Positions 29,762-41,453 are shown, numbered from the stretch's first letter. The stretch: 64,000 nt of DNA from Synechococcus sp. (GCA_047285805.1 JBJBCN010000002.1:1-64000); one strand, 5' to 3'. Program-made: numbers and translations. Notes: generated by a model from the sequence alone, not told the origin.

Positions 29762-31159
29762 ATGACCTCCGGCGATCGCGGTCATCCCCCTGAGCAGTGG
29801 GGGTCCTCCCTGGGTTTTGTCCTGGCCGCTGCGGGCAGTGCCGTCGGCCTGGGCAACCTCTGGGGCTTTGCCTACCGCGCCTCCCAGGGGGGCGGCGCGG
29901 CGTTCGTCCTTCTCTATCTGCTGATCGTTTCGGTGGTCTGTCTGCCGGTCTTGGTGGCCGAGATGGTCCTGGGGCGCAGCACGGGGCATGCTCCCCTACT
30001 GGCGCCGATCACCGCCGGCGGTCGCCGCTGGGCCCCGCTGGGTTGGCTGTTCATGGCCGCCGCGATCGGGATCCTCAGCTACTACGCCGTCTTGATGGGC
30101 TGGACCGGCCGCAGCCTGATCCATGCCTTGAGTGCGCCGCTTCCCGCCGACATACCGGCGGCTGAACGCTTTTTCGCCGGCATTAGCAGCGGCGGCGATG
30201 CGGTGCTCGGGCACCTAATTAGCCTGGCCCTCACCGGGGTGGTGGTGGCCGCTGGCATCAAGGCCGGCATTGAGCGCCTGACCCGCTGGGCGATGCCGCT
30301 GCTGTTCCTACTGCTCCTGGCCCTGGTGATCTGGGCGGCCTTCTTGCCTGGAGCGCACGAGGGCTACAACGGCTTTTTGCTGCGTTGGGACGCCAGCAAG
30401 CTCACGGACCTGACCACGATCCGCAACGCATTTACCCAGGCCTTCTTCTCGATCGGCACCGGCATTGGCGCGATCTTGGCCTACTCCACCTACCTCAATC
30501 GCCGCTGTGGGATTCCCGGTGAGGCGGTTGCGGTGGTCGGCATGGACACCGCCGTTGGCCTGATGGCCGGCTGCATCACCTTCCCGCTTGTGGCCAGCTT
30601 TGGCCTGGTGGACGTGGTGAGCGGCAGCACCGTGGGCACCCTCTTCATCAGCCTGCCCACCGGTTTGGCCTCCCTCGGCGGCGCTGGTCGGGTGGTGGCC
30701 GCGCTGTTTTTCCTGTTGGCCTATGTGGCCGCGATCACCTCGTCGGTCTCGCTGCTGGAGGTGCCGGTGAGTTCGCTGATGGATCGCCTTGGTTGGAGCC
30801 GCTCCCGCTCGGTCTGGCTGATGGTGCTGTTGATCGCCGTGATCGGTTTGCCGTCCTGCCTGGATGTCGCGGTGCTCGAGCGGATGGATGCCCTGTTCGG
30901 TGGCGTCTGCCTGATCGCCGGTGGCCTGCTGATGGCGTTGCTGCTGGGCTGGCAGGTGCCCGATCGCTTCCGCACGGATCTGCTCGAGTCGGGATCCTCG
31001 CCGGATCTGGTGCGGTTGCTGCGCTGGGCCCTGCGCTGGATCTCCGTGCCGGCCATCAGCGTGGGCCTACTGATCTCGATCATTAGCCTTGCTCAGACCT
31101 GGTCTGAACAGGGATTTGGCCTATTGCGTTTGTTGCGCTGGGTTCTGCGTCTTTTTTAA
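29762..31159 (+). CDS. NSS/SNF-family sodium-dependent transporter
   Basis: AAGSAVGLGNLW, GGGAAF and QAFFS motifs. Confidence 0.93.
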   Translation: MTSGDRGHPPEQWGSSLGFVLAAAGSAVGLGNLWGFAYRASQGGGAAFVLLYLLIVSVVCLPVLVAEMVLGRSTGHAPLLAPITAGGRRWAPLGWLFMAAAIGILSYYAVLMGWTGRSLIHALSAPLPADIPAAERFFAGISSGGDAVLGHLISLALTGVVVAAGIKAGIERLTRWAMPLLFLLLLALVIWAAFLPGAHEGYNGFLLRWDASKLTDLTTIRNAFTQAFFSIGTGIGAILAYSTYLNRRCGIPGEAVAVVGMDTAVGLMAGCITFPLVASFGLVDVVSGSTVGTLFISLPTGLASLGGAGRVVAALFFLLAYVAAITSSVSLLEVPVSSLMDRLGWSRSRSVWLMVLLIAVIGLPSCLDVAVLERMDALFGGVCLIAGGLLMALLLGWQVPDRFRTDLLESGSSPDLVRLLRWALRWISVPAISVGLLISIISLAQTWSEQGFGLLRLLRWVLRLF

Positions 31160-31254
31160 GCAGTGAACTTTGAAGAAATGCCTACGCAATGCAAGAAGCT
31201 GAATTGAGTACGTGTATCCAATAGCGCTTAACTGAGCGGAGCTTTCCAATCCCC

Positions 31255-31470
31255 ATGGCCATCGGTCCCCAGTGGCTTCAGCGCTTCAACTTCATTGAGC
31301 GGGCGAAGTTGGAGCGTCAGCTGTGGGAGGCCTTTGAGCGGGGCGAGCCGATCGAAACCCTCGTCGAGCAGTGCGAGCAGGGCTTTCAAAAGGAGGTCTG
31401 GAGCACTACCGCCATCCGGATCCGCAAGATCGAAAAAATGATGCGCGATCAGCAGGCGCCCAAGGGTTAA
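31255..31470 (+). CDS. Conserved hypothetical protein
   Basis: RFNFIERAKLERQLW with host codon usage. Confidence 0.75.
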   Translation: MAIGPQWLQRFNFIERAKLERQLWEAFERGEPIETLVEQCEQGFQKEVWSTTAIRIRKIEKMMRDQQAPKG

Positions 31471-31474
31471 GGCC

Positions 31475-32905
31475 TCAGCTCCGCAGCCACTCGGTCATGC
31501 CACCGGGTTTGTCGATCAGCTCGATCCCCTGGGCCTTGAGCTCGTCGCGAATCCGATCCGCGGCCGCGAAGTCCTTGGCTGCTTTGGCGGCTTTGCGGGC
31601 TTCAATTTGTGCCTCGATGACGCCGCCATCGAGCGCGACTGCGCTCGCCTGGGCCTCGTGCTTCAGACCCACCACCTCGGCGAGCTCCAGAAGCAGTGCC
31701 AGTTGCTGTTGATGGCCGTCCTGCTTCAGCTCGTCGCTTGCGCTGGCATCCCCGCGCTCGATCCGGTTGGCTAGACCCCGCAGTGGTTTGGCCAGCTCAA
31801 AGAGCACGGCCAGAGCGGCGGAGGTGTTGAGGTCATCGTCCATCGCTGCCGCGAAGCGCGCGCGGGCGTCCCCCAGGGCGGCTGGCGACTCGGTGTTCGT
31901 GGTCCCAGCAGCGGCTAGCCCGAGGGCAGCATTGAGTCCCTTCCACCCGGTGGCCGCCGCCTCGAGGGCCTCCGCAGTGAAGTCCAGCGGTTTGCGGTAG
32001 TGGGCCTGCAGGGTGAACAGGCGCAGGGTCATCGGTGAGACCCCGGAATCCAGCAGGGCCCGGATAGTCGTGAAGTTGCCGAGGGATTTCGACATCTTCT
32101 GGCCGCCCACATTGACCATGCCGTTGTGGAGCCAGTAGTGGGCAAGCTCTTTGCCGGTGGCGGCTTCCGATTGGGCGATCTCGTTCTCGTGGTGGGGGAA
32201 GACCAGGTCCGCACCGCCAAGGTGGATGTCGATGGTGTCGCCGAGCTCCTCGCGCACCATCGCCGAGCACTCGATGTGCCAGCCCGGGCGCCCCTGGCCC
32301 CAGGGTGAGGGGAAGCTGGGCTCGTCAGGTTTCGAGCCCTTCCAGAGGGCGAAATCAAAGGGATGTTGTTTGCGGGCTTCTTCGGTACTGGCGACCCGGC
32401 CGGCGGCGTTGTCCTGCTGCTGCTCGAGATCCCGCCCGCTGAGTTTGCCGTAGCCGGCGTGCTTCATCACGGCGAAGTAAACGTCTCCATCGGCGGAGTA
32501 GGCGGTCCCCTTGGCCTCTAGCTCACTGATCAGGGTGCGAATGGCATCGAGGCTGCGGGTGGCCCGCGGCATCCGATCCGCTGGAAGTATGTTCAGCCGT
32601 CCCATGTCGGCGACGAAAGCCTCGATGTTGCGCTCGCTCACCGCGTCCATGGAGCTCCCTTCTTCACTTGCGCGGTTAAGGATCTTGTCGTCGATGTCGG
32701 TGTAGTTCTGCACGAAGGTCACGGCGTAGCCGCTCCAACGCAGGTGGCGGCGAAGGATATCCCAGGCGATGTAGCTGCGGGCGTGGCCGAGGTGGCAGAG
32801 GTCATAGACGGTGACCCCACAGCAGTAGATGCTGACCTTGCCAGGCTCGATCGGCGTGAACTCCTCGACGCGGCGGGTGAGGGTGTTGGTGAGCCGCAGG
32901 GTCAT
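31475..32905 (-). CDS. cysS: Cysteine-tRNA ligase
   Basis: [21 protein letters not shown] and KMSKS motifs. Confidence 0.98.
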   Translation of the reverse strand: MTLRLTNTLTRRVEEFTPIEPGKVSIYCCGVTVYDLCHLGHARSYIAWDILRRHLRWSGYAVTFVQNYTDIDDKILNRASEEGSSMDAVSERNIEAFVADMGRLNILPADRMPRATRSLDAIRTLISELEAKGTAYSADGDVYFAVMKHAGYGKLSGRDLEQQQDNAAGRVASTEEARKQHPFDFALWKGSKPDEPSFPSPWGQGRPGWHIECSAMVREELGDTIDIHLGGADLVFPHHENEIAQSEAATGKELAHYWLHNGMVNVGGQKMSKSLGNFTTIRALLDSGVSPMTLRLFTLQAHYRKPLDFTAEALEAAATGWKGLNAALGLAAAGTTNTESPAALGDARARFAAAMDDDLNTSAALAVLFELAKPLRGLANRIERGDASASDELKQDGHQQQLALLLELAEVVGLKHEAQASAVALDGGVIEAQIEARKAAKAAKDFAAADRIRDELKAQGIELIDKPGGMTEWLRS

Positions 32906-35835
32906 TTCGCTTCCATCCAGTTGGGGCCAACTCCGGTCTCGACTACCAGGGGTACAGACAGGGTCACCGCGCGCTCCATGGTTTCACGCGTCAGGTTGAG
33001 CACCGCGTCCAGGGCGTCCGGTGCCGCCTCGAGCACCAGTTCGTCATGGACCTGTAGTAGCAGGCGCGCCGGCAGGCCGCTCCCGGTGAGCCGTTGCTGC
33101 AGTTGCACCATGGCCAGCTTGATGATGTCGGCGCTGGAGCCCTGGATGGGGGCGTTGGCGGCTGCTCGAAGTTGCTGGGCCTCCATGCCGCCGCGGCGGG
33201 CCACATCCAGCTCAATCTCAAGCGGGTCCTTGCCCAGGTGACGGCCCAGGCCGCTGGGATCGAAGGCGAAGGGGCGACGGCGCCCCAGGATCGTCTCGAC
33301 GTAGCCGCGGCTGAGGGCGAGGCGCTCTTGCAGTTCCAGGAAGGCGAAGACCTTCGGGTAGCGCTGCTTGTACTTGCTGAGGAACTCTTTGGCTTCGGCC
33401 TGGCTGACGCCGGTCTCCCGGGCGAAGCGCTGAACGCCCATCCCGTAGATCACCCCGAAGTTGATCGTTTTGCCGAGGCGGCGTTCGTCGCTGCTGACCT
33501 CGTCTTTGTCGAAGAGCAGCCGGGCGGTCAGGCCGTGGACATCGTCACCGTTTTGGTAGGCCTGAACCAGCACCTCTTCGCCGGAGAGGTGGGCCAGGAT
33601 CCGCAGCTCGATCTGGGAGTAGTCGGCGCTGATCAGCGTCCAACCGGCCTCGGGCAGGAAGGCTTTGCGGATGCGGCGGGAGAACTCCGTACGAACAGGG
33701 ATGTTCTGCAGGTTGGGGTTGCTGCTGGAGAGCCGTCCGGTGGCGGTCACGGCTTGGTTGAAGTCTGTATGGACCCGGCCGGTTTCCGGCTCCATCAGGG
33801 CCGGAAGAGCATCGACGTAGGTGCTCTTGAGTTTGCTCAAGGTGCGGTGCTCGAGCACCAGGGGCACCATCGGGTGGGCGTCCTCGAGCTTCTCGAGCAC
33901 GGTCGCATCGGTGCTCCAGCCGGTCTTGGTCTTGCGTGACTTTTTGCGATCGAGACCAAGGGTGTCGAAGAGCAGTTCCCCGAGTTGCTTCGGTGAGGCC
34001 AGGTTGAACTCGGTGCCGGCGGCCTCCTTGGCCTCCGTCTCCAAGCGCTCGAGGGTGGCCTTGAGTTCACGGCTGAGGCTGCCGAGGTAGTCGGTGTCGA
34101 TGCGAATCCCGGTGGCTTCCATCTGGGCCAGAACCGGCTCCAGGGGCAGCTCCACCTGATCGAGCAGTTTCGGCAGGGGGGCGCCCAGGGCCTCCAGTTG
34201 TCCTCGTAGCAGGGGGGTGAGCCGGTACGTGACATGGACATCCATGCCGCAGTAGAGAGCGGCATGGGCCATCGGGACCGCCGAGAAGTTGGCCCCCTTG
34301 GGTACCAGTTCGCTGTAGCTGGTGGGCAGGAAGCCGAAGTTGCGCTGGGCGAGCAGCTCCAGCCCGTGTTTGGCGTTGGCGTCCCGTAGGTAGTCCGCCA
34401 GCAGGGTGTCCATGACCACTCCGGCCAAGGGCAGGCCATGGCGCAACAGGATCAGCCGGTCGTACTTGGTGTTCTGGAGCGTTTTGGGGTGACCGGTGCT
34501 GCCCAGCCAGGGGGCAAGGGCCCCCAGCACCTGGTCCAGGGGCAGTTGGGGCGGATCGCTGAGTTCGGCCTGATGGCCCAGGGGGATATAGGCCAGGTCG
34601 CTGAGGCCTGGGCCCCAGCACACGCCCAGGCCGACGAGTTCGGCTTGGAAGGGATTGAGGCTGGTGGTTTCGGTGTCGACGGCCACCGGGCTCAGTGGGT
34701 CTGTGCAGGCCAGCAAGCGATGCACTAAGGCCTCAAGGGTTTCGGGTCTGGTGATCAATTGGGGCTCGAGAGCAGGCGTTTCGCTGGCCGTGTCCTCGAT
34801 GGCTTCGGGTTCGGGTGTGGCCTCGGCTTTCGCTGCTGGTTCGGCGGATGGCGTTGGGGGTTCGCTGGAGAAGACCGTGGCGAAGCTGTTCACCTGGCGA
34901 CGCAGGCTGAAGAGCTCCAGTTCCTCGAGGCTTTCGGCGAGGGAGTCGCCGTTGACGGAGCCCAGGGGAAGACGCGGGTCGCTGGGGAGCGGGATGTCCA
35001 CCAGGATCTCGGCGAGCATCCGCGAGCGGTAGGCGTTCTCCCGGTCCGAGCTGAGCTTGCCGAGCAGGGCCCCCTTCAGTGCCCCCTTGGGATCTTTGGC
35101 CTTGGGGCCAGCGGCGTCGAGCTGCTCCAGGGCGGCATAGATCCCGTCGAGATCGCCGTGGGCATTGAGCAGGTTGATGGCGGTCTTCGGCCCCACCCCT
35201 TTGACGCCGGGGATGTTGTCGCTGCTGTCCCCCGTGAGGGCCTTGAGATCGACAACCTCTTCTGGGGTGACCCCCAGCTTGGCGATGACGCCGTCGCGGC
35301 GGATCTCGAGGGGTCCGCTGCTCTTGGCATAGGGACCGCCCCCCATGTAGAGCACGGCGATGTCGCGCTCGTCGTCCACCAGCTGGAAGAGGTCGCGGTC
35401 TCCAGAGAGGATGCGCACCCGCCAGCCGTCATTGGCCGCCCGGTTGGCCAGGGTCCCTAGGACATCGTCGGCTTCGTAGCCGGGAGCCATGCAGAGGGGG
35501 ATGTCGAGGGCCTGCTGAAGGATCTGCTGCAGGTTCCCGAGGTCCTGGAAGAAGTGTTCCGGGGCTGCGTCACGATGGGCTTTGTAGGCCTCGTCAGCTT
35601 CATGGCGGAAGGTGGGCTCAGCTGTGTCAAAGGCGATGACCACCCCTTTGGGGGCCAGGCCTTTGCAGTTGTCCAGCAGGGCCTTGAGGAACCCGTAGGT
35701 GACCGAGGTCGGGATGCCCTCTTTGGTACTCAGTCCCCCCTCACCCCCTTTGCTGAAGGCGTAGAAGCTGCGGAAGGCCAGGGAGTGGCCATCCACCAGC
35801 AGCAGCAGGGGTTTGAGGGTGGTGCCGCCGGTCAA
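32902..35835 (-). CDS. polA: DNA polymerase I
   Basis: 5'-3' exonuclease ([14 protein letters not shown]), [13 protein letters not shown] and QVHDE motifs. Confidence 0.98.
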   Translation of the reverse strand: MTGGTTLKPLLLLVDGHSLAFRSFYAFSKGGEGGLSTKEGIPTSVTYGFLKALLDNCKGLAPKGVVIAFDTAEPTFRHEADEAYKAHRDAAPEHFFQDLGNLQQILQQALDIPLCMAPGYEADDVLGTLANRAANDGWRVRILSGDRDLFQLVDDERDIAVLYMGGGPYAKSSGPLEIRRDGVIAKLGVTPEEVVDLKALTGDSSDNIPGVKGVGPKTAINLLNAHGDLDGIYAALEQLDAAGPKAKDPKGALKGALLGKLSSDRENAYRSRMLAEILVDIPLPSDPRLPLGSVNGDSLAESLEELELFSLRRQVNSFATVFSSEPPTPSAEPAAKAEATPEPEAIEDTASETPALEPQLITRPETLEALVHRLLACTDPLSPVAVDTETTSLNPFQAELVGLGVCWGPGLSDLAYIPLGHQAELSDPPQLPLDQVLGALAPWLGSTGHPKTLQNTKYDRLILLRHGLPLAGVVMDTLLADYLRDANAKHGLELLAQRNFGFLPTSYSELVPKGANFSAVPMAHAALYCGMDVHVTYRLTPLLRGQLEALGAPLPKLLDQVELPLEPVLAQMEATGIRIDTDYLGSLSRELKATLERLETEAKEAAGTEFNLASPKQLGELLFDTLGLDRKKSRKTKTGWSTDATVLEKLEDAHPMVPLVLEHRTLSKLKSTYVDALPALMEPETGRVHTDFNQAVTATGRLSSSNPNLQNIPVRTEFSRRIRKAFLPEAGWTLISADYSQIELRILAHLSGEEVLVQAYQNGDDVHGLTARLLFDKDEVSSDERRLGKTINFGVIYGMGVQRFARETGVSQAEAKEFLSKYKQRYPKVFAFLELQERLALSRGYVETILGRRRPFAFDPSGLGRHLGKDPLEIELDVARRGGMEAQQLRAAANAPIQGSSADIIKLAMVQLQQRLTGSGLPARLLLQVHDELVLEAAPDALDAVLNLTRETMERAVTLSVPLVVETGVGPNWMEAK

Positions 35836-35841
35836 AACGCC

Positions 35842-36399
35842 CTGGAAATTAAGTGGACCCAGCCTGGCAGAAGGGGCCGGGCTGCTTTTAGCGCCTGCGG
35901 CCGTTATCGCTGGTGGCTCGAGCGGCAGTGGCAGCCGCAGGCCCCGCGGTTGCTCTTCATCGGCCTGAATCCCTCCCTGGCCAATGGCAAGCGGGATGAC
36001 CCGACCCTGCGGCGGTTACTGGGCTTCGCCCAGTCCTGGGGCTATGGGGCGCTGGAGGTGCTGAATCTGTTTTCACGCATTTCCCCCACTCCTGCCGTGC
36101 TGAGGCGCAGTGCCGATCCCATCGGTCTGGAGACCGACCCATGGTTGCGGCGGCGCCTTGCGCACCTGGCGAGCTCGCCAGGATCGGCGGTCTGGCTTGG
36201 CTGGGGCAATGGCGGGCAATGGCGGGGCCGCGATCGGGCGGTTGCGTTGATCTTGCTCCAACAGGACCTGCCGCTGTTGGCCCTGGGGCTGACCGCCAGC
36301 GGCCAACCCCGCCATCCGCTTTATGCCGCCAAGGCTGCGCGGCCGCTGCGTTTGCCCCATTCTGGGGAGGAGCTTCGGTCTGGTTTCGCCCTCCGGTGA
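35842..36399 (+). CDS. DUF1643 protein (start uncertain)
   Basis: CGRYRWWL, FIGLNPS, DDPT, NLF and GQPRHPLY motifs. Confidence 0.85.
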   Translation: MEIKWTQPGRRGRAAFSACGRYRWWLERQWQPQAPRLLFIGLNPSLANGKRDDPTLRRLLGFAQSWGYGALEVLNLFSRISPTPAVLRRSADPIGLETDPWLRRRLAHLASSPGSAVWLGWGNGGQWRGRDRAVALILLQQDLPLLALGLTASGQPRHPLYAAKAARPLRLPHSGEELRSGFALR

Positions 36400-36647
36400 C
36401 CCGCACCCCCAGCCGCTACGCGAGCCATCTGCTGCTGTCTGGAGGGCATGATCAGGTGGTGCACTGCCCCAGCCTGGATGCCTTCCAGCAGTGGTAGGGA
36501 ATGGTGCTGAACGCCGGTCCTGCAGATGCCTTCATTAATGTCCCAATCACCGAGCTCCCCGGGGAATATCTGGTGGTCCGCCCCATCGCCGTGAAGGGGA
36601 TTCGAGTGGAGCCGGTCTTCGGCGCCCTCGATGACGATGACCTCTGA
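36396..36647 (+). pseudogene. Small conserved protein interrupted by an in-frame TAG at 36495
   Basis: VTRTPSRY...FQQW*GMVLNA...FINVPI.EL.GEYLVVRP...IRVEP reads as one frame across the stop. Confidence 0.7.
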
Positions 36648-36757
36648 GTTGATCTGGGGTTTTTACCTTCTTTGAGGGGGCCTTGGCGTGCTTGGTTGCG
36701 CGCCTTAGCGGCTGGCATCCCGGGCGGCGCGCTCAAGTACCTGGTGTTCTTGACGAT

Positions 36758-38188
36758 CTAGAGGCTGCGCTCGATGCGAGCCCGGGCCTCACCGCTGGGC
36801 TGGAGCAGCAGCCAGGTGGTCAGCAGATCGGGGCCCTGGAGGCTGCCGAGTAGGGCGGCCCGCAGGGTTTTCATCAGCACGCCTTTCTTGACTCCGGCCG
36901 CCGCGACGGCCTTGCCCAGGAGCTCCTGGGCGGCCTCGGTGCTCAGGGGTCCCTCCGGGAGATGCTCCAGCAGGGCCTTCAGGGCTGGACGGGCACCCTC
37001 CAGATCGAGTTGCTTAAGGGCCGCTTCACTCAGCTCAGGCCGCTCAAAGAAGGGGCAGGCCTGCTCGAGGCCGTCCTTGAGGGTGACGAGAGAGGGGCCG
37101 ATGAGGGCGCAGAGCTCCTTCAACCAAGTCACATCGCTGTGGGTCCACCCCTGGGCGCTCCACTGGGGCTCAAGTTCCGCCAGCAGCTGCCCGGGACTCC
37201 GTTCATGAAGCACCTGGCTGTTCAGCCAGTTCAGCTTGTCCCAGTCGAAGCGGGCTCCGGCCTTGTTGACCCGATCGAAGCTAAAGACCTTGGCGGCGTC
37301 GTTGAGGTTGAATCGCTCCTCCATGCCCTCCGGCGGGGACCAGCCCAGCAGGGTCATGTAGTTGGCCAAGGCTTCCGCGGTGTAGCCCTCCTCGCGGAAG
37401 TCATTGACCGAGGTGACCCCATCGCGCTTGGAGAGCTTTTTACCCTCCTTGTTCAGGATCAAGGGGGTGTGGGCGAATTTGGGGGCAGGTGCGCCAAGGG
37501 CGCCGTAGAGCAGCAGCTGCTTGGCTGTATTGGCGATGTGGTCTTCGCCGCGGATGACATGGCTGATGGCCATGGCGGCGTCATCCACGACCACCACCAG
37601 GTTGTAGAGGGGGTCGCCGATCTGATCTGCAGGGGCCCGGCGGGCAATGACCATGTCGCCGCCAAGGTCGCTGCCGGACCAGCGCATGGCACCACGGACC
37701 AGGTCGTTCCAGGTGATGACGGCATCGTCGTCAATGCGGAAGCGAATGGTTGCTTCTCTTCCTTCTGCGATGAATGCCTGCTCCTGTTCCGGGCTCAGGT
37801 TGCGGTGAAGGTTGTCGTAGCGGGGTGCGCGGTTGGAGGCCGCTTGCTGCTCACGCATTTCGGTGAGCTCTGCTTCGGTGGCGTAGCAGCGGTAAGCCTT
37901 GCCCGATTCCAGCAATTGCTGAATGGCGGCGCGATGGGCCTCTATCCGCTCGCTCTGGATGACGGGTTTCGCGTCCCAGTCAATCCCGAGCCACTGCAGG
38001 CCCTCGAGGATGTTGGTCGTGTACTCGGATTTGCTGCGCTCTTTGTCGGTGTCCTCAATGCGCAGCAGAAATTCGCCACCAAGGTGCCTGGCAAACAGCC
38101 AGTTGAAGACTGCTGTACGCGCGGTACCGATGTGGAGGGTTCCAGTCGGACTGGGGGCGAGACGCACACGTACCGCCGCTCCAGTCAC
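36758..38188 (-). CDS. gltX: Glutamate-tRNA ligase
   Basis: [19 protein letters not shown] and KLSKR motifs. Confidence 0.98.
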   Translation of the reverse strand: MTGAAVRVRLAPSPTGTLHIGTARTAVFNWLFARHLGGEFLLRIEDTDKERSKSEYTTNILEGLQWLGIDWDAKPVIQSERIEAHRAAIQQLLESGKAYRCYATEAELTEMREQQAASNRAPRYDNLHRNLSPEQEQAFIAEGREATIRFRIDDDAVITWNDLVRGAMRWSGSDLGGDMVIARRAPADQIGDPLYNLVVVVDDAAMAISHVIRGEDHIANTAKQLLLYGALGAPAPKFAHTPLILNKEGKKLSKRDGVTSVNDFREEGYTAEALANYMTLLGWSPPEGMEERFNLNDAAKVFSFDRVNKAGARFDWDKLNWLNSQVLHERSPGQLLAELEPQWSAQGWTHSDVTWLKELCALIGPSLVTLKDGLEQACPFFERPELSEAALKQLDLEGARPALKALLEHLPEGPLSTEAAQELLGKAVAAAGVKKGVLMKTLRAALLGSLQGPDLLTTWLLLQPSGEARARIERSL

Positions 38189-38211
38189 TGGCGTTAACCT
38201 CAAGGTGGGAA

Positions 38212-38285
38212 CGGGACTGACGGGATTCGAACCCGCAACTTCCGCCGTGACAGGGCGGTGCTCTAACCGGTTGAACTACAGTCCC
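38212..38285 (-). tRNA. tRNA-Asp(GTC)
   Basis: GGGACTGTAGTTCAA...CTGTCAC...GGTTCGAATCCCGTCAGTCCCG cloverleaf. Confidence 0.97.
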
Positions 38286-38438
38286 TTGAGTGCTCTAAGA
38301 GCTCTCTACGATTGGGATTTCAAGGCCCCAGCCATATCGCCTCGGCGACCTCAAAAGTATCCGTTGTCGCCCTGCCCTCCGTCAATACACTCGCCTCTGA
38401 ACAGGGCAAACCTTGCGAACTGGCACGGGCTGAGCAAC

Positions 38439-38463
38439 AAAAAAGCCCACCTTGGGCGGGCTT
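38439..38463 (-). terminator. Terminator after PSHCP
   Basis: AGCCCGCC-CAA-GGTGGGCT followed by a T-tract on the minus strand. Confidence 0.8.
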
Positions 38464-38490
38464 GAGAGGTGATGAGCGGAGCCCAAGCGT

Positions 38491-38679
38491 TCAGGGGCGG
38501 AAACCGGCGGGTTCGATCAGGCGGACCTGATTGCCACGAGCAGTGAACTCACGGCCTTGGTCGCTTTGGACGACAACGCGACCGCCGGATTTGACGCGGA
38601 TAACCCGGGCACGGACCCAGCCGAGGGCGGCGGATTCCAGAACCTTGACCACATCACCGGGCTGTAGATCCAACTCCAT
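38491..38679 (-). CDS. Prochlorococcus/Synechococcus hyperconserved protein (PSHCP)
   Basis: 62-aa MELDLQPGDVVKVLESAALGWVRARV...PAGFRP between tRNA-Trp and tRNA-Asp. Confidence 0.93.
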   Translation of the reverse strand: MELDLQPGDVVKVLESAALGWVRARVIRVKSGGRVVVQSDQGREFTARGNQVRLIEPAGFRP

Positions 38680-38716
38680 GTCCGGAAACGAGAGACTGCA
38701 GGTAGGGGACATCGAA

Positions 38717-38789
38717 CGCGCCGTGGAGGACTTGAACCCCCGACATCAGGTTTTGGAGACCTGCGTTCTACCAACTGAACTAACGGCGC
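38717..38789 (-). tRNA. tRNA-Trp(CCA)
   Basis: GCGCCGTTAGTTCAG...CTCCAAA...GGTTCAAGTCCTCCACGGCGCG. Confidence 0.97.
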
Positions 38790-38884
38790 AGGGCCGATGT
38801 CCCCTCGTCAAAGACCTCTGAAAACCAGATGTCTTTAGTGGCCACGACGGTTTGACGTGGCCGTGTTGATTGAGGCGGTGAGCC

Positions 38885-39388
38885 TCAGCGATCGAAGCGC
38901 TGCTTGACTCGAGTGGCTTTGCCCACCCGGTCCCGCAGATAGAAGAGCTTCGCCCGACGCACCTTACCGCGGCGCTCCACCTTGATGGAAGCTACCTGGG
39001 GGCTGTGGATCATGAAGACGCGCTCGACGCCGACGCCCTGGAAGATGCGGCGAACAGTGATGGTCTCGTTGAGGCCACCGTGGCGCTTGGCGATGATCAC
39101 GCCTTCGTAGGGCTGGATGCGCTCTTTGTTGCCCTCTTTGATGCGAACGCCAATCCGTACGGTGTCACCGACGTAGATGTCGGGGAGCTCCTTCGGGTTC
39201 TTGGCGATCTGCTCGGCCTCAAAGGCCTGCATCAGCGCATGGGCGCTGAGCTTGCCCACGGTTGCTTTAGCGGCAGCGGGCTTTTCGGCCACAGCTACGG
39301 CGGAGTCAGTTGCAGCCTCGGTGCTGGCGGCTTCCTGGGTCTCTTCGTTCTTGATCTCGTCGGTCATGTCCTTGGAATCCGCTGCCAT
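38885..39388 (-). CDS. rplS: 50S ribosomal protein L19 with N-terminal extension
   Basis: GVGVERVF and [12 protein letters not shown] motifs. Confidence 0.97.
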   Translation of the reverse strand: MAADSKDMTDEIKNEETQEAASTEAATDSAVAVAEKPAAAKATVGKLSAHALMQAFEAEQIAKNPKELPDIYVGDTVRIGVRIKEGNKERIQPYEGVIIAKRHGGLNETITVRRIFQGVGVERVFMIHSPQVASIKVERRGKVRRAKLFYLRDRVGKATRVKQRFDR

Positions 39389-39431
39389 CCAGCTCCGTGA
39401 AAACGCCTTGCCAAACAACCACTGTACTGGC

Positions 39432-39737
39432 TCAAGGTGCCCCCGATTCTCGGGAGCGCAGATGCCAGAGCCGGCGGATCGCCAGGGTGGTGCCTGTCAC
39501 CAGCATCCATAGCAGACCGAGCCCATTCAAGAGGACGTAAAACTGCTCGGCGGCTGGGCCGAGCCATTCCCCCTCATGCAGGACCATCAGCCAATGAACC
39601 TGGTCGTGGCCCAGGCCTCCCCAGTCCTTGAGCAGGCGGTAGGCCATGCCGCTGCAGACCGTGAGCAACAGGGGCACCACCACCACGGGTGCCACAGCGG
39701 CATGCAGGCGGCGCATCCAGGCCAAGGTCGCTTTCAT
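39432..39737 (-). CDS. PepSY-associated TM protein
   Basis: RRLH...PLLL..SG and LH.GEW motifs. Confidence 0.75.
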   Translation of the reverse strand: MKATLAWMRRLHAAVAPVVVVPLLLTVCSGMAYRLLKDWGGLGHDQVHWLMVLHEGEWLGPAAEQFYVLLNGLGLLWMLVTGTTLAIRRLWHLRSRESGAP

Positions 39738-39818
39738 GTGGTCTCGCCAGGGCTGTCGCGCGCGGCACAGATCGGGCTTCAGGTTCTAACTTGCCAATAG
39801 CAGGCCTGTACTGACGCG

Positions 39819-40685
39819 ATGAACCTCTTTGCTGATTTGCTGGCCGCCACCCAGAAAGACCAGGGTCAGGTGCCTCAGTCGGTGGTCACCCAGACCGGTC
39901 CCCGTATCCAAAAAAGCCGACGCGGGGTTGAGGTCAAAAGTCCGCGTGAAATCGAGACCATGCGCCAGGCCAGCCGGATTGTGGCCACAGTCCTGCGCGA
40001 AATCATGGAGCTGGCCCAACCCGGCATGACCACGGGTGATCTCGACGCCCATGCTGAAAAGCGGATTCGGGAGATGGGTGCCGTCCCGAGTTTCAAGGGC
40101 TACCACGGTTTCCCAGCCAGCATCTGCGCCTCCATCAATAGTGAGGTCGTTCACGGCATCCCGAGCAACAAGCGGGTGATCAAGCCGGGTGACCTCGTCA
40201 AGGTGGACACCGGCGCCTACTTCGACGGTTATCACGGCGACAGCTGCATCAGCCTGTTGGTCGGCGAGGGCGCCTCCCAGGAGGCGCAGGACCTGGCGCG
40301 AGTCGCCCAGGAGTCCCTGATGAAGGGCCTGGCCACCGTGAAGGCCGGCAGCACCTTGATGGAACTAGCAGGAGCCGTCCAGGACCATGTCGAGGCCAAC
40401 GGCTTCGCGGTGGTGGAGGACTACACCGGTCACGGCGTCGGTCGAAACCTGCACGAGGAGCCTTCGGTCTTCAACTACCGCACCCGGGAGCTGCCCAACC
40501 TGAAGCTGCGCCCGGGCATGACCCTGGCTGTCGAGCCGATCCTCAATGCCGGCAGCAACGCTTGCCGCACCTTGAAGGACCGTTGGACCGTGGTGACTGT
40601 GGACGGCAGCCTCTCGGCCCAGTGGGAGCACACGATCGCGGTGACCAGCGACGGCTGCGAAATCCTGACGGACCGCGACTTCTAA
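39819..40685 (+). CDS. map: Methionine aminopeptidase type I
   Basis: VVHGIP, GHGVG..LHEEP and AQWEHT motifs. Confidence 0.97.
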   Translation: MNLFADLLAATQKDQGQVPQSVVTQTGPRIQKSRRGVEVKSPREIETMRQASRIVATVLREIMELAQPGMTTGDLDAHAEKRIREMGAVPSFKGYHGFPASICASINSEVVHGIPSNKRVIKPGDLVKVDTGAYFDGYHGDSCISLLVGEGASQEAQDLARVAQESLMKGLATVKAGSTLMELAGAVQDHVEANGFAVVEDYTGHGVGRNLHEEPSVFNYRTRELPNLKLRPGMTLAVEPILNAGSNACRTLKDRWTVVTVDGSLSAQWEHTIAVTSDGCEILTDRDF

Positions 40686-41428
40686 GCCCCTCGGCTCACC
40701 AGTCCGAAGTAGGCCCAGCGGCTCAAGGTGGCCAGGGGCATCAATACATAGGTCAAGGGGTTGGGGGTCACGATCACCAGCCCTAATCCCCACTGGGTTT
40801 GCCTAAGGATTTCCCGGGCCACAAAGTCTGCGGACATCAGCCCAATCGGATTGAGGGCGGAGCGGAAGGGCCCGAGCACCAGGCGGCGGATCCGGAAGTT
40901 GGGACCGGCCAGATCCAGGCTGCGCAGGCTCAGCAGTTGGCCCTGGAGCCGTTTGCTGATCTCGTAGAGCGGGCTAACCGCCGCTTGGATCTCTGCTTCC
41001 GAGGTGTTGATCCAGATCTCTCTGGGGGGGCTGCCGTCGTCCTGCTGGGCAAAGAGCTCGAGCAAGCGCCAGCTGCTCAGGGCATTGACCTCGAGGGAGC
41101 GTTGGATGGCCTCCGGGCTGCGCTCGCTATGGCAGTTCAGGCCATGATTGACCACAAGGATGTCGGTGCGGGCAAGGACTCCGCTGAGGTCTTGCTCTTG
41201 CCCCACGCTCCAGCGCACCTGCTCAAGGGGAACGGGCTCGCCGGAGCTGCGCTCCAGCAACAGCGGCTGATCGCTGCTGGTCAGCGCGATCAGCCCGGCG
41301 CCGGCGGCATCGAGCTGCAGCAGCAGGGCGCGCCCCAGGCTGCCGCTGGCTCCTGTGACGGCGACGGTGCGTCCTTGAAAGCGAGGCAGTCCCATGCGGC
41401 GGTGGGCGATTGCCTTAGCTTGCGCCAT
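40682..41428 (-). CDS. SDR oxidoreductase
   Basis: TGASGSLG and YEISK motifs. Confidence 0.85.
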   Translation of the reverse strand: MAQAKAIAHRRMGLPRFQGRTVAVTGASGSLGRALLLQLDAAGAGLIALTSSDQPLLLERSSGEPVPLEQVRWSVGQEQDLSGVLARTDILVVNHGLNCHSERSPEAIQRSLEVNALSSWRLLELFAQQDDGSPPREIWINTSEAEIQAAVSPLYEISKRLQGQLLSLRSLDLAGPNFRIRRLVLGPFRSALNPIGLMSADFVAREILRQTQWGLGLVIVTPNPLTYVLMPLATLSRWAYFGLVSRGA

Positions 41429-41453
41429 CCTCGGCGCAGAGGATGGTGCTGGC

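Noticed and set aside
36495..36497. Pyrrolysine recoding of the TAG
   Set aside because: No pyl genes in the window, pyrrolysine is not known in cyanobacteria, and TAG is a normal stop for many genes here.
38491..38679. Hfq or a ribosomal protein
   Set aside because: Sequence and context fit PSHCP.
38212..38789. tRNA genes as integration sites
   Set aside because: No integrase, duplicated tRNA 3' end or compositional shift nearby.
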